This document shows positions 62,731 to 64,000 of a DNA stretch of 64,000 nt, in pieces (the stretch's first letter is position 1; each line of letters starts with the position of its first letter). Below the pieces are notes generated by a model. The model ran no database searches. It was given only the letters and a program-made list of their open reading frames with translations, and was not told where the DNA came from. The DNA comes from Octopus sinensis (taxonomy: Eukaryota): assembly GCF_006345805.1 (NCBI RefSeq), contig NC_043006.1, forward strand, positions 43,958,001 to 44,022,000. The letters are read 5' to 3'. A program made the position numbers and the translations under genes.

Positions 62731-63396
62731 ATCACTCACACACACACACACACACACATATAATCTATGCCATTAGTGTAAACTAAAACATTCATCCAAT
62801 GATTATAGTCCAAGTTTGACAGCTAACAATTATTATGTTCTCTTTTTCGCTTTAACCATCATCTTAGATTAAGCCGAGACAATTTATGCAAGAGGTTTAT
62901 GTAATAACAGTAAAAAAAAAAAGGAGAAAGTGGAACAATAGAAGGATTCAAATTTTTCATATGGCACATAAGCTTATTGAGAACCAAAGGATATGCTATT
63001 TGTGGAACTAGTATTCACCAAAATGTAAATGTAGCCAACCACCAAGGTTCTGCTTCAGATAGCTTTTAAACTTTATCCTTTGCTCCATCTTAACAAACCT
63101 GCTGACACTTAGAATAATAATAGTCAAATTAGTGGTAAGCTAAAGTTCACAGCAGCCTCTATAAGACCATGTTGTAAAGATAGTTGTGTGACATAATCCA
63201 TGAGTCATTGACTACAGTGTTGTTAATGATGAGATGAGCCACAATAGAATAATCAGTGACACCAAGCATTTCTACAACTTTACAGCAAAAAGATTGAAAT
63301 GTCTAAAACAGCCAGTGAACAAAATCATTGTTTTTAAAACATCATACTTCACAGCAAAAGTATCAGTTTCATTCTTATGACTGATGTCTTCCTTAA

Positions 63397-63609
63397 AACC
63401 TTTAGAATTTAAACCAGCCAAATCGGGCCCAAATATTCTGTTTTGTATTCTGACTAGATTTGGCCTCTCACACCTACCCTAAAATGCCACTCTAAGAGCA
63501 AACAACCACATCATTAAAATCTTGAAGCTATGACATAATGCTTGATTAATACCAAGTAATGTGAATAAATAAGCATTGCAAGTGACAGAGTAATCTGGAT
63601 GCTAAAGAG
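63397..63609. mobile_element. piggyBac-like MITE family P1, copy 3
   Basis: TTAA-AACCTTTAGAATT ... GATGCTAAAGAG-TTAA; internal sequence shared with the copy at 1919. Confidence 0.72.
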
Positions 63610-64000
63610 TTAAAGAGATTAAACTGAAGAATCTACAGAAATTAGGAAGGAGCTTATGACAAATGTGCATTTTAAAGACCACAATGGCTCATAAATTACT
63701 CATTATTTATATTTACAAATTGATATTTGTCATTTCTCACTTTACAGATCAACTTATATTGATTGCTTCAACAGTTTGGACTTGCAGGTCAACTACTTTC
63801 TACAATAACCAGCTCGATATAGAACAGTCACATGAAGAACGCTAACCGAATATTAAGGCTCTTCTTATGAGCTCGAAAGGACATTCTCATGCACAATTTC
63901 AAAGAAAACTATAAATGTGATAATAAATAACAACAGAAATGCCTGAATACCTTATCTTCTTGGAAACTCAAGAAGTTAAAAAAATATTGTTTACAAAGAG

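Overview
AT-rich, microsatellite-dense eukaryotic (animal) DNA made almost entirely of intron/intergenic-type sequence. The repeat families resemble coleoid cephalopod (Octopus-like) repeats as I recall them; this is inference, not a database result. No protein-coding gene, rRNA, tRNA gene or CRISPR array can be supported, and nearly all ORFs in the track come from microsatellites or repeats. The window holds: about 18 copies or fragments of a composite tRNA-derived SINE with an internal microsatellite (my label 'family A'); about 13 copies of a second tRNA-derived SINE with two alternative tails ('family B', three with clear TSDs); an RTE-tailed repeat ('family C'); decayed RTE and CR1-type LINE fragments; two restriction-like-endonuclease (R4/Dong-like) LINE 3' ends next to TAA-type repeats; and TTAA-, TA- and hAT-type MITEs. 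The best lead is a ~245-bp Penelope-like fragment nested in a SINE's internal microsatellite, carrying a near-canonical type I hammerhead ribozyme fold on the minus strand (39414-39488). Repeat boundaries are read by eye and are approximate unless a TSD or TIR fixes them.
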